Both the position numbers and the translations under genes were made by a program. A DNA stretch of 61,563 bases from a virus (taxonomy: Duplodnaviria > Caudoviricetes): the IMG/VR virus record IMGVR_UViG_3300041809_002848, positions 1 to 61,563 of that record; one strand, given 5' to 3'. Below the pieces are notes generated by a model that did no database searches, had not been told where the DNA came from, and saw only the letters and a program-made list of their open reading frames with translations. Below, in pieces: positions 46,613 to 56,431 of this stretch. The first letter of the stretch is position 1. Every line of letters begins with the position of its first letter.

Positions 46613-47506
46613 GTGGACCGTTTCAGGCAGCAGAGCGTCGGCAGCTACCCGCTCGTGGTCACCACGATCGACCCCGCGACCGAGGCGCCGTGCACCGTGA
46701 CGGGCTCGCCGACGGTCGTAGTCACCGACGGTGGCGGCGCGCAGGTCTACTGCGGCGCCGCGGCGATCGCCGGCACCACGCTCACTCTGGCGCTGCCGGT
46801 CGCCAGCTTGCTGCTGGACACCTACACCTGCGTCTGGACGGGCACCGCGCCGAGCGGTCAGACCACGTGGCACAGCTACTTCGAGATCTGCGGTGGCTTC
46901 ATCTACGAGATCGCCGACTTCCGCGCCTGGGATCCCACCTTCTCTGACACCACCAAGTTTCCCGCGGCCGTGCTGCGCGCCGCGCGCGTCGCCGGCGAAC
47001 AGCGGTTCGAGCGCGCCGCGCGCCTGGCATTCGTGCCGCGCTGCAAACGCTGGTCGAAGAAGGTCCAGGGTTACCCCATGCCCATCGGCTACGGCATCGG
47101 CTACGACGCCGGGATCAAGCGTTTGGAGACGCACGTCAACGCAGTGCGCACGGTGCGCTCCGTGGCGATCAACGGCGCGGCCATGGTGCCCTCGGACCTG
47201 GCCAACCTGACCTTCACCGAGTGGGGCGCGCTCGACCAGCCTTCGGGCGGCTACTGGCTCGACGGCTCGACGGTCTCGGTCGTGCTCGAGCACGGACTCG
47301 ACTTCGCGCCGCAGCCGGTGGCCACAGCGGTCATGATGCTGGCGCGTGAGTACATCTTCCGCACGGCGCTCGCCAGCCGCGCCACGGTCGAGGCGACCGA
47401 CGTCGGCTTCTTCCGCCTGTCGGTGGCTGGTCCCGGTCGACCGACCGGCATCCCCGAGGTCGACACGGCCATCTTCGAGTTCGGACGCCGGAGGCCGCGC
47501 GCATGA
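46613..47506 (+). CDS. Head-tail connector/adaptor
   Basis: Paralogue of 13310-14206. Confidence 0.7.
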   Translation: MDRFRQQSVGSYPLVVTTIDPATEAPCTVTGSPTVVVTDGGGAQVYCGAAAIAGTTLTLALPVASLLLDTYTCVWTGTAPSGQTTWHSYFEICGGFIYEIADFRAWDPTFSDTTKFPAAVLRAARVAGEQRFERAARLAFVPRCKRWSKKVQGYPMPIGYGIGYDAGIKRLETHVNAVRTVRSVAINGAAMVPSDLANLTFTEWGALDQPSGGYWLDGSTVSVVLEHGLDFAPQPVATAVMMLAREYIFRTALASRATVEATDVGFFRLSVAGPGRPTGIPEVDTAIFEFGRRRPRA

Positions 47507-47943
47507 GCGGCTTCCGCGCGCTCGCGCCGCAGGTCATGGACGCGCTGGGGGTTGCCATCGCCGCCACGGCGCCGAGCGCCGCAAACGTCTCCGTGGGCTA
47601 CCCGGCCGGCGGTCTTGCCGACCAGCAGATCTGGGTCGCCGGCGACTTCGAGGCGGCGATCGCCTGGGCGACGACCGGCTGGCAGCAGCGTGCCGAGGAG
47701 ACGGACTGCAAGGTGCGCTGTTCGGTGCTTCAGTCGACCAATGTCTTTGCGGACGTGCGCGACGCCTGCACGGCGCTCGTGAACGCAGTCGAGGACGCGC
47801 TCGGCGCCGACCGCACGCTCGGCGGGCTTGTCGATCGCTGCGAGGTCACAGCCAGCAGAGGCCAGGAGGCCATTCCCGACGAGCACCAGCGGTCCTACGG
47901 CATCGAGCTCACGGTCTCCTGGGCAGGCGAGGCCACGGCGTGA
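47503..47943 (+). CDS. Tail terminator-like protein
   Basis: Paralogue of 14203-14643. Confidence 0.6.
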   Translation: MSGFRALAPQVMDALGVAIAATAPSAANVSVGYPAGGLADQQIWVAGDFEAAIAWATTGWQQRAEETDCKVRCSVLQSTNVFADVRDACTALVNAVEDALGADRTLGGLVDRCEVTASRGQEAIPDEHQRSYGIELTVSWAGEATA

Positions 47944-47958
47944 CGCTCCTCTCAGGAT
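47936..47958 (+). promoter_or_regulatory. Phage promoter motif upstream of the tail-tube unit
   Basis: CGGCGTGACG-CTCCTCT-CAGGAT. Confidence 0.7.
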
Positions 47959-47968
47959 AGGGGGCGCG

Positions 47969-48172
47969 ATGAGGCGCACCTACACAGTCACGCAGAAGGT
48001 CTGGGGCGAGTTCCACGGCGAGCACCACGACGGCGAGTTCGAGCTGCGCGCCGGCGTGGCTGTCGCTACCGACGCCGCCCGCCTCGAGCTGTTGGAGCAC
48101 CTCGTCGGACTTGGACTGGCCAGACGTGGCAGGCCGCGCCTGCCGGCGCAAACGATCACCCCGGAGGTCTGA
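47969..48172 (+). CDS. Small hypothetical phage protein
   Basis: Paralogue of 14669-14890. Confidence 0.7.
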   Translation: MRRTYTVTQKVWGEFHGEHHDGEFELRAGVAVATDAARLELLEHLVGLGLARRGRPRLPAQTITPEV

Positions 48173-48174
48173 CC

Positions 48175-49155
48175 ATGGCTGGTGCTCTGCAGATCGGTCG
48201 CGACATCGTCGGCGTGGCCAAGCAGACCGCGCAGGGCGCGCTTTCCGCCAACCCGACCTTCGCCCACGGCGTGGCGTCGGGCGACCTGCCGGCCATCGCC
48301 ATCGGTCAGGCCGACGACCCCATGACCTCGGCCGGGCGCGCCGCGCCGGGCGCCTATCGCAGCTCGGTCGACGAGAAGTTTGCCTTCGACACGCGCGCCT
48401 GGCAGAAGTCGATCGGCCTCTACATCCTCGGGTTGCTGGGCAACGACGCCGTGAGCGGCACGGGGCCGTACACGCATGTGCTCACCCAGGCGCTCACCGT
48501 GCCTTACCTGTCGATGTTCGCCAAGAAGAGCGACGGCACGATCGTCGCGGTGCGCGACTCGAAGATCACCAAGCTCGAGTGGTCCTGGTCGGACAACCAG
48601 CCGGTCGTGGTCTCGATCGAGACCGACGGCTGTGTGCTGTCCTTCCCTGCTACGTTTGCGCCGACCACCGACGAGTCGGGCACGCTTAACTACTACACGC
48701 CGGTGGGCGGCACGTTCAAATACGACGTCGCTTCGGCCACTCCGGCGGTCGCCTCGGTGGTCGGCGGCAAGATCACCATCGCCCAGGACATCACCACGCC
48801 TATCTTCTCCGGGGCGATCGAGGCCGGCGACGCGCTCGAGGGCAACCTCAACATCGACGTCTCGCTGGACTGCATCCCCGCCGACGCCACGCTGTGGCGC
48901 AAGATCCTGACCGGATCGGCGTCGGGCACCTCGATCGCCACCACGCCGCAGTACGGCTCGTTTGAGGTGAGCTTCGCCAAGGGCGCCGACTCGATCAAGT
49001 GGGGCGCCTACAACGTCGGCTTCCTGGGCGACCTGCCCAAAGCCGACGCCAAGGGCGGTCCCGGCACCATGACGATCGCCGGCGGCTGCTACCCGGCCGC
49101 ACCGGGCGGCACGCCTATCACCGCGACGCTGATCAACACCGTCGCGTCCTACTAG
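48175..49155 (+). CDS. Major tail protein
   Basis: Paralogue of 14893-15873. Confidence 0.8.
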   Translation: MAGALQIGRDIVGVAKQTAQGALSANPTFAHGVASGDLPAIAIGQADDPMTSAGRAAPGAYRSSVDEKFAFDTRAWQKSIGLYILGLLGNDAVSGTGPYTHVLTQALTVPYLSMFAKKSDGTIVAVRDSKITKLEWSWSDNQPVVVSIETDGCVLSFPATFAPTTDESGTLNYYTPVGGTFKYDVASATPAVASVVGGKITIAQDITTPIFSGAIEAGDALEGNLNIDVSLDCIPADATLWRKILTGSASGTSIATTPQYGSFEVSFAKGADSIKWGAYNVGFLGDLPKADAKGGPGTMTIAGGCYPAAPGGTPITATLINTVASY

Positions 49156-49165
49156 GAGGGGTCCT

Positions 49166-49546
49166 GTGAAGCGCGTCATCGTTCGTTACCTCGAAGGCGA
49201 AGAGCAGACCGCCTGGCTGCAGCCTTACGACGACATGCTCAAGAACCGCGAGCTCGCCCGGCCGGCCTACCGCGACCCGGACACCGGCGAGGAGTGGGTC
49301 ACCGACGCCGAGCGCCTGGCCTGCAACGCCTTCTTCGCGCTCAAGCGAGCCGGCCTGGTCAGCGACGCCGAGTTCATGAGCTGGTATCAGCGCGTAGACG
49401 AGATCGAGCCGCGCCTCTCGCACGCAGACGTCGAGGAGCTCGTGGCCACCGGCCAGGTCAGAAAGGCCGAGGCCGAGTACCTGCACCGCCGCGTGGAGGA
49501 GCTCGGTGACGGCGCGGGGGAATCTCAGGCGCCGCCTTCGCTGTAG
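49166..49546 (+). CDS. Tail assembly chaperone
   Basis: Paralogue of 15885-16265. Confidence 0.8.
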   Translation: MKRVIVRYLEGEEQTAWLQPYDDMLKNRELARPAYRDPDTGEEWVTDAERLACNAFFALKRAGLVSDAEFMSWYQRVDEIEPRLSHADVEELVATGQVRKAEAEYLHRRVEELGDGAGESQAPPSL

Positions 49547-49695
49547 CGAGCGCGGCGCTTGGGTGCGGGTTCGGGCTCGACCTGCAGAGCTGTGACGGCG
49601 AGGTCTTCGCGGCGCTTCAGGAGCTGCTTGAAGAGCAGGAGCGCGAGCGGCGCCGGGAGGAGCTGCTGGCGCGCTACAAGGAGACGATGGGGTGA
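49516..49695 (+). other. -1 frameshift site and chaperone extension
   Basis: GGGGGAA at 49516-49522; -1 frame GISGAAFAVASAALGCGFGLDLQSCDGEVFAAL...*. Confidence 0.85.
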
Positions 49696-50210
49696 GGGTT
49701 TCGGGCAAGGTCGTCGGCGCCGGTGAGACCGGGTTCTCCGCCGAGATCCGCATCGACGGGCTCGAGGAGACACTCGCCGCGCTGCGCATGCTCGACCGCG
49801 ACATCTACGCCGGCCTGGTCCGTGGCCTCAAGACCGTGGGCGACCTGCTCGTGGTCGACGCCGACGCCGCGGCTCCGCCTGACGCCAAAGGCGGCTACGG
49901 CGCCCGCATGACCGTGCGCGGCAAGAAGGTCGGAGTCAAGGTCTTCGCCAAGGCCGGCTCCCAGGCCGGTCGCAACGCCGCCATCTTCGAGTTCGCCGGC
50001 ACGCGCGGCCAGTCGCGCCTCGGCGGTCCTATCACCGGCCAGGGCGCCGCCATGGTGCGCTGGCTGGACGGCTACGGCAAACCGGGCCGCTTCCTGTGGG
50101 GCGCCTGGGATCGCAACAAGGAGCGCGCCGAGAACCAGATCCGCGTGATGATGGCGCAGGCCGAGAAGCTCTGCCAGGACCGTCTCGCCGCCGCCGGGGA
50201 GGCCTTCTGA
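49692..50210 (+). CDS. HK97 gp10-like protein
   Basis: Paralogue of 16411-16932. Confidence 0.7.
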   Translation: MRVSGKVVGAGETGFSAEIRIDGLEETLAALRMLDRDIYAGLVRGLKTVGDLLVVDADAAAPPDAKGGYGARMTVRGKKVGVKVFAKAGSQAGRNAAIFEFAGTRGQSRLGGPITGQGAAMVRWLDGYGKPGRFLWGAWDRNKERAENQIRVMMAQAEKLCQDRLAAAGEAF

Positions 50211-51949
50211 TGGCCGTCGTGGTCAACGTCTACGGCAAGGCCTCGCTCGCGCAGATCGACAAGGCGCAGGCGCAGCTCGCCGGCATGCGCAAAGAGGCCG
50301 CGGCGCAGGCCGGGCCGTGGAAGAGCATGGGATCTGCGATCAGCTCTACGTGGGCGAAGATCGGCTCGAGTCTTGCCGCGGTGGCCGTGCTGCGCTGGCT
50401 CAAGGGTTCGCTCGACGCCGCGCGGGAGTTCCAGCTCGGCACCTCGCAGCTGCGCACCGCCGTCATGGACACCGCCAAGACCGCGGGCCGCGGCGCGGTG
50501 CTGTGGGACGCCTACGCCAAGCAGATGCAGCGCGTGGTGGCGGCGCAGTCGAACCTCTCCGCCTACTCGCGCGGCGATCTCGAGAGCGCGCTCACCACCC
50601 TGACCCAGACCACGGGCTCCTCTGCGAAGGGCTTGACGCTGCTCAGTCTGGCGACCGACCTCGCGCGCGCCAAGCACATGGACCTCGGCCGAGCTGCGCA
50701 GCTCGTCGGCCGGGTGGCCGACGGCAACACCGGCATCCTCAAGCGGTACGGCATCGTCATCGACAAGGGCGCCACGGCCACGCAGGCCCTCGGCGAGCTG
50801 CACCGCAAGTTCGCAGGCGCCGCCAAGACTTACGGCGACTCCTCGGCTGGCGCCGCGGCGAAGTTCCACAACGCCCTGCAGCAGCTGCAGATCACGGTGG
50901 GCACGGCGCTCCTGCCAGTCATCAACAAGCTCATGGGCTACCTCAACACCGGCCTCGGGCTGTTCCAGCGGCTTCCCGGTCCGGTGAAGACCGTCGTGGT
51001 GGCGCTCGCCGCCGTCGCCGGCGCCGCCGCCATTCTCGCGCCGTTTGCCTCAAGCATCCTCGCGCTCGCCAAGGCCATGCAGCTCGCCCAGCTCGCCGCG
51101 AAGGTCTGGGCCGGCGTGCAGTGGCTGCTCAACGCCGCCATGAGCGCCAACCCCATCGGCATCGTCATCGTGGCGATCGCCGCGCTGGTCGCCGGCATGA
51201 TCATCGCCTACCGCAAGAGCCAGACCTTCCGCGACGTGGTGCTCGGCGCCTGGAGCGCGATCAAGACCGCGAGCGTCACCGTCTTCAATTACCTGGTGGC
51301 CTTCTTCAAGCGGTGGGGACCGCTCGTGCTCGGCGCCTTCACCGGCGGCCTCGGGCCGGCGGTGCTGTGGGTGGTCAGTCACTGGACCCAGATCAAGACC
51401 GCCGCCTCGGATGCCTTCGGCGCCGTGGTCTCCCTGGCCCGAGGCTTCGGCGGGCGCATCCTCTCGGCGGTGGGCGACCTCGGGTCGCTGCTCTACAAGG
51501 CGGGGCAGGCGATCGTGCAGGGCCTTGTGTCCGGCATCACAAGCGTCTGGCACACCGTCACCGACAAGATCAGCTCGCTGCTTTCGGGCCTTTCGAAGGC
51601 CGCAAAGAAGCTGCTCGGCATCAGCTCGCCTTCGAAGGTCTGGGCGCAGTTCGGCCGCTACATGGGACTGGGCGTCGCCGTCGGGCTGGACGGCACGCGC
51701 GGCGCGGTCGCCGCGGCCGGCTCGCGCGTCTTCGCCGCCGCTGCCGGCGGCGGCTTCGGCGGCGGTCTTGCCTTCGGCGGCGCCGGCGGCGCGCAAAGCG
51801 TTGTCATCTCTGCGGGCGCCGTCGTGGTGCAGCTCACGATCGGCTCGGGTGCCGCCTCACCACAAGCGATCGGTCAGGCGGTTTCGACCGCTGTCTCTCC
51901 CGCGCTCGACCAGCTCGCCCGCGAGGTCCGTCGGGTGGTGAGGCGCTAG
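50210..51949 (+). CDS. Tape measure protein (579 aa)
   Basis: Paralogue of 16932-18887 lacking an Ala-rich insert. Confidence 0.92.
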   Translation: MAVVVNVYGKASLAQIDKAQAQLAGMRKEAAAQAGPWKSMGSAISSTWAKIGSSLAAVAVLRWLKGSLDAAREFQLGTSQLRTAVMDTAKTAGRGAVLWDAYAKQMQRVVAAQSNLSAYSRGDLESALTTLTQTTGSSAKGLTLLSLATDLARAKHMDLGRAAQLVGRVADGNTGILKRYGIVIDKGATATQALGELHRKFAGAAKTYGDSSAGAAAKFHNALQQLQITVGTALLPVINKLMGYLNTGLGLFQRLPGPVKTVVVALAAVAGAAAILAPFASSILALAKAMQLAQLAAKVWAGVQWLLNAAMSANPIGIVIVAIAALVAGMIIAYRKSQTFRDVVLGAWSAIKTASVTVFNYLVAFFKRWGPLVLGAFTGGLGPAVLWVVSHWTQIKTAASDAFGAVVSLARGFGGRILSAVGDLGSLLYKAGQAIVQGLVSGITSVWHTVTDKISSLLSGLSKAAKKLLGISSPSKVWAQFGRYMGLGVAVGLDGTRGAVAAAGSRVFAAAAGGGFGGGLAFGGAGGAQSVVISAGAVVVQLTIGSGAASPQAIGQAVSTAVSPALDQLAREVRRVVRR

Positions 51950-53616
51950 TGCCGACCTACACCTTCAAGTCGACCCAGCTCGCCAACACCGGGCGGGCGC
52001 AGGGCGGCGTCCAGGCGACCGGCACGGGCAACGTCGTGGTGGCTCTGACCGACGGCACGGATGCGACCTACGACCGCGCGATCGGCAGCAGCAATCCGAC
52101 TGACTTCCTCGACTACTACCCGCAGCTCTGCCAGCTCAACGGCGAGCGCGTGGTCTCGGTCGTGCCGTACTGCCGCTCCAAGTCTCCCGGGCCGAGCGCG
52201 GCCAGCGTCAAGGTCGGCGCCGCGATCACTCCCGGCGGGCCGCTGGTCGAGGGCGTCGCGCTATCTCTGCCGGCCGGCTCGTCGGTGGTCGCCAACTACG
52301 CGCTGGCACCACAGGTCGGGCAGTTCGTTGACCCGCTGACCGGCGCCGAGTGGAGCCCGTACTTCGGCTCCGACTGGTTGACCATCTCGCTGCGCGACGC
52401 CAACAGCGCGGCCAACGCGGTCTATTGGTACGAGGCGGGACTGTACGTCTACACGACCAAGCCGGCGACGATCGCCGCGCCCACGATCGCCCAGTACAAC
52501 GGCGGCTGGGTCACCACCACGCAGTACCCGACCTTCTCGGCTCTCGTCTCGGCGCTCGTCGAGAGCTGGCAGCTCTACGCCGGCGGCGAGTTCTGCACCA
52601 CGGGCCGCGTGGAGTTCTCCGTCTACCGCCAAGCCGATGCCGGCAACGGCGCCTCGCCGCCGGCGGGCGTGGTGCCGGTCATGTCGCAGGTCGTGCCGTT
52701 CGATCTGAACGCCTACATCGACGGCGTGACGCTCTCGAGCCTTACGGTCTCGCTTAGGGCGCCGGCGCCGCTTCCCGACGACAGCTACGTGGTCTACGCG
52801 CGGGTCGTGCGCGATCACCCGACCGGCCAGGACGTCGACCCGACCGGCAGGAGCGCCTGGAGCTCCTACCAGAAGCTCTCCTGGTCGCAGCTGGTCGGCG
52901 GTCCGTATGCGCCGGGCTGCGGCATGCGCGCCGACGACGCGCCGCAGGGCATGCTTGTGAAGATCACGCCGAGCGGTCCCGCCGCCTACACACAGACCAG
53001 CTCGGTCGCCTACGTCGAGCGCCTGGTCGGCGGTGTCTGGCGCGCGGTGCGCGGCATGAGCGGCGTGGCGGTGCCGGTCAACGTCGAGACCACGCTCGGC
53101 TACGACTACGAGTGCGACCGCGGCGCGGCGAACACCTATCGCTTGCGCCACACCATGGTGCTCACCGCCGACGGTACGCTGGCGAGCTCGCCCTGGACGC
53201 AGATGTCGCTTGCCGGGCCGAATCCCATCGGCACCGGCTGGAATCTCAAGGCGGTCGACCTGCCGGGCGCCTCGTGGCTGTCGGCGGGGATCCTCACCGA
53301 GCCTGCGGAGTCAGACCAGACCCAGGCGACCATCTTCTACCCGCTGGACCGGCCGTGTCCGGTCGTGGTGAAGGGCACAGCCGGCGGCTGGGCCGGCTCC
53401 TATGACTTCATCGCAAGCGGCGCCGCCGCGGTGGCCGCGCTGCGCGCCCTTGTCGACTACGAGGGCCTGGTGTTCGTCGAGACCGCTTTCGGCGATGCCT
53501 TCTACTGCTCGCTGACCGGCACGACCGTCAAGCGCCAGGGCACCTCGCCCTCTCCGCGCCTGGCCGGCACGCTGACCTTCGCCCAGGTGGACTGCGACCT
53601 CGTAACGGAGAGCTGA
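51949..53616 (+). CDS. Minor/distal tail protein
   Basis: Paralogue of 18887-20560; GTG start. Confidence 0.75.
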   Translation: MPTYTFKSTQLANTGRAQGGVQATGTGNVVVALTDGTDATYDRAIGSSNPTDFLDYYPQLCQLNGERVVSVVPYCRSKSPGPSAASVKVGAAITPGGPLVEGVALSLPAGSSVVANYALAPQVGQFVDPLTGAEWSPYFGSDWLTISLRDANSAANAVYWYEAGLYVYTTKPATIAAPTIAQYNGGWVTTTQYPTFSALVSALVESWQLYAGGEFCTTGRVEFSVYRQADAGNGASPPAGVVPVMSQVVPFDLNAYIDGVTLSSLTVSLRAPAPLPDDSYVVYARVVRDHPTGQDVDPTGRSAWSSYQKLSWSQLVGGPYAPGCGMRADDAPQGMLVKITPSGPAAYTQTSSVAYVERLVGGVWRAVRGMSGVAVPVNVETTLGYDYECDRGAANTYRLRHTMVLTADGTLASSPWTQMSLAGPNPIGTGWNLKAVDLPGASWLSAGILTEPAESDQTQATIFYPLDRPCPVVVKGTAGGWAGSYDFIASGAAAVAALRALVDYEGLVFVETAFGDAFYCSLTGTTVKRQGTSPSPRLAGTLTFAQVDCDLVTES

Positions 53617-53617
53617 A

Positions 53618-54748
53618 GTGGTGGCCGGCGTGACCGACCTCGGGGTGCTCGCCACGCAGGGCGCGCAGACCATCCTCGTGACCTGCTCCGCTTCGCTTGC
53701 CGGCTCACCCCTGGGCGACCTGCACGTGGTCGCCGGGTCGGTGACGGCCGACTGCCGGCGCTCGGCGACCCGCGATGCCACCATCACCGTCGTGCCGAGC
53801 GCGGGCCAGACCTTCGACCAGGTGTTCGCCTTGCTGGCGACGCCGGGGCTCGAGCTCTCGCTCGCGCGCGGCTTCGTTCTCCCGGACGGGACGCAGGTCA
53901 GCGCGCCGCTCGGCGTGTTCGTCGTCGACCAGCTCACCTACAAGCGCGTCGGCGCTGCGTCGGGCTGGGAGCTCACCGCGGTGTGCACCGACCGCTCGCA
54001 GCGCGTGACGAGGACGCGCTGGACGCAGCCGTACCAGATCGCCGCCGGGACGGCACTGGCCGATGCGATCAACGCCGCGGTGCTCTCGCGCTGGCCAGGT
54101 GCGCAAACGATCGTCTCGGCGGCGAGCGTGCCCAACACACTCGGCGCGCAGGCGATCTTCGACGCCGGAGGAGACTCCGACCCGTGGGCCGACATCTGCT
54201 CGCTTGCGACCTCGTTTGGCTACCTGCTGTCGTTCAACGCCGCCGGCGTGCTGCAGGCGCAGGTCGTCACGCCGCTTGCCAGCCAGGGGCCGGTGTTCAC
54301 CTTCGCCCGCGGCAGCGCGGCGATCATGACGAGCCAGTCCAAGGTGGTCGCCGCCGACCAGACCTACAACGGCGTGATCGTCACCGGCGAGGGCTCCGGC
54401 GTCGGCGATACACCGCCGCGGGCCGAGGCTTGGGATCTGAACCCGGCGTCGCCGACCTATGCCAACGGGCCGTTCGGCGCCGTGCCGACCTTCTACTCTT
54501 CGCCGCTCATCACCACGACCGACCAGGCTGCGGCGGTCGCCGCCGCGATGCTGGCGCAGAGCATCGGCAAGGTGGAGCAGCTCTCCTGGGAGCAGGTCAC
54601 CCATCCCGGACTTGAGCCGCTCGACGTCGTGGCGGTGCAGTTCCCGGACGACACCACGCAGACCTTCATCTTGGACGCGCTCACCGTGCCGCTGAGTGCG
54701 ACCGACGTCATGACCGCCACGGCGCGCTCGACCCTGGGGCCGTGCTGA
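53618..54748 (+). CDS. Baseplate hub-like minor tail protein
   Basis: Paralogue of 20564-21691. Confidence 0.75.
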   Translation: MVAGVTDLGVLATQGAQTILVTCSASLAGSPLGDLHVVAGSVTADCRRSATRDATITVVPSAGQTFDQVFALLATPGLELSLARGFVLPDGTQVSAPLGVFVVDQLTYKRVGAASGWELTAVCTDRSQRVTRTRWTQPYQIAAGTALADAINAAVLSRWPGAQTIVSAASVPNTLGAQAIFDAGGDSDPWADICSLATSFGYLLSFNAAGVLQAQVVTPLASQGPVFTFARGSAAIMTSQSKVVAADQTYNGVIVTGEGSGVGDTPPRAEAWDLNPASPTYANGPFGAVPTFYSSPLITTTDQAAAVAAAMLAQSIGKVEQLSWEQVTHPGLEPLDVVAVQFPDDTTQTFILDALTVPLSATDVMTATARSTLGPC

Positions 54749-55515
54749 TGGACTTACACGAGGTCGCCGCGATTCTCGCCGATGCCGGTGGCGGCTCGGA
54801 CCTGCGTCTGCGCCTGGGCACCGTCACAGCCCTCGCCGGCGACGGCACGTTCTCGGCGACGATCGCCGGCTCAAGCGTCGCCGTCTCCGGGATCCGCGCC
54901 TTTGCGAGCGTCTCGCCTACCGTGGGCAAAGGCATCTGGCTCGCCGTCCAGGGCTCGGACGTCTTCGGCGTGGGAGCGATCGGTGCGCCGGCCGGTGTCA
55001 TTCCCTCGGGGCTCATCGCCATGTGGAAGGGCTCGATCGCCTCGATTCCCGCCGGCTGGGCGCTGTGCAACGGCGCAAACGGCACGCCGGACCTGCGTGA
55101 CAAGTTCGTGGTGGGCGCAGACGCCGACGTCGCCGGCGCAGCCGCCTCGACGGTCGCCGGCGCCGCGGCGCAGAGCGGCGGCACGGCGAGCGCCACGACG
55201 AGTTCGGCCGGCTTGCATGCGCATACCGACCCGGCGAGCGGTGCCTACACCTTGCAGCTCACCGACATCCCCTCGCACCGCCACGCCACGACTGTCGACC
55301 TCATGCGCAACGACGCCGCCGGCTCGACCAACACGCACTGGGGCACGTCGGCGGGGCGCTACATCGCCGCCGGCACCGGCGCAGTCGACTTCGCCGGCGG
55401 CGGCGGCTCTCACGCGCACCCGAGCGGCGGCCCGACCGATGCGCAGGGCAGCCACAGCCACAGCGCCGGCACGCTGCCGCCATGGTATGCGCTTGCCTTC
55501 ATCATGAAGCTCTAG
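54748..55515 (+). CDS. Tail fibre with collar domain
   Basis: Paralogue of 21691-22464. Confidence 0.85.
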   Translation: MDLHEVAAILADAGGGSDLRLRLGTVTALAGDGTFSATIAGSSVAVSGIRAFASVSPTVGKGIWLAVQGSDVFGVGAIGAPAGVIPSGLIAMWKGSIASIPAGWALCNGANGTPDLRDKFVVGADADVAGAAASTVAGAAAQSGGTASATTSSAGLHAHTDPASGAYTLQLTDIPSHRHATTVDLMRNDAAGSTNTHWGTSAGRYIAAGTGAVDFAGGGGSHAHPSGGPTDAQGSHSHSAGTLPPWYALAFIMKL

Positions 55516-55523
55516 GAGGAGCC

Positions 55524-55874
55524 ATGGCCGACGACGCGATCATTCCGGGCTTCACCGCAGACCAGAGCTGGGCGATCGAGCAGGTCCTCTCGCGCGCGGT
55601 CGAGAAGGGCGTCGCCGCCGGCATCGAGGCCTTCCAGAAGGCCAACTGTAGCGAGCACGAAAAGCGCACGCTGGCACTCGAGGACACCGTGTTCGGACGC
55701 GCCGAGAGAAACGTCGTGGGCCACGTGCAGCGCCTGGCGCTCGCCGAGAAGGCCATCCTTGCGATCGCCGGCGACCTGCGCTGGCTCAAGCGCACCGTCG
55801 CAGGCGCCGTCGTCGTGGGCGGTGTGACCTTCGCCATCTGGGCGCTCGAGGCGCTCCTGCGGGCGCACCACTAA
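55524..55874 (+). CDS. Small protein with C-terminal TM helix
   Basis: Divergent paralogue of 22476-22835. Confidence 0.55.
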   Translation: MADDAIIPGFTADQSWAIEQVLSRAVEKGVAAGIEAFQKANCSEHEKRTLALEDTVFGRAERNVVGHVQRLALAEKAILAIAGDLRWLKRTVAGAVVVGGVTFAIWALEALLRAHH

Positions 55875-55921
55875 GGCCGTTCAGGCTCCAGGGTGCAAGT
55901 TCGCAAGTATGAGACCCGCGT

Positions 55922-56431
55922 ATGAAGACCGGGCCATGGAACACCTCTGAGATCGCCTTTGTGCGGACCAACCGCGAGCTTGGCGCTGGCGCGCTGGCCG
56001 AGCTTCTGGACCGCTCGGTGCGCTCCGTGGAGAGCGCGGCCTTCCGCGCGCGCATCTCGCTGCGCCGACCGCGCGAGGTGCGCGGTCGGCTCTTCGGCGA
56101 GTGCGCCGGAGTCCGCCTCGAGGAGCTGCGCGCCACGATCGCCGGCGAGGCGCCGGCTCACTACTCCGCGCGCCTGGACGCGCGCGCCGACGCCGAGCTC
56201 TGCCCGGGCTGCGGGCACCGGCCTATCCAGGTGCAGCGCGCCGGCCTCTGTGGGCCGTGTTATGTGCGCGAGCTCGCCTGTCGCGCTCGTGACGCCGGCG
56301 ACGAGCTTGCCCAGGCGCGCTGCCTGCTGAGCGAGCTTGTCGAGGAGTACGGCACGGCGCTCGAGCTGCCGCGCATCGCCGCGCAGATGCGCAGTCGGCG
56401 CAGCCGCGCTCGACTGCGGGAGGGTGCATGA
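55922..56431 (+). CDS. HTH plus Zn-finger putative regulator
   Basis: Paralogue of 22884-23387. Confidence 0.65.
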   Translation: MKTGPWNTSEIAFVRTNRELGAGALAELLDRSVRSVESAAFRARISLRRPREVRGRLFGECAGVRLEELRATIAGEAPAHYSARLDARADAELCPGCGHRPIQVQRAGLCGPCYVRELACRARDAGDELAQARCLLSELVEEYGTALELPRIAAQMRSRRSRARLREGA

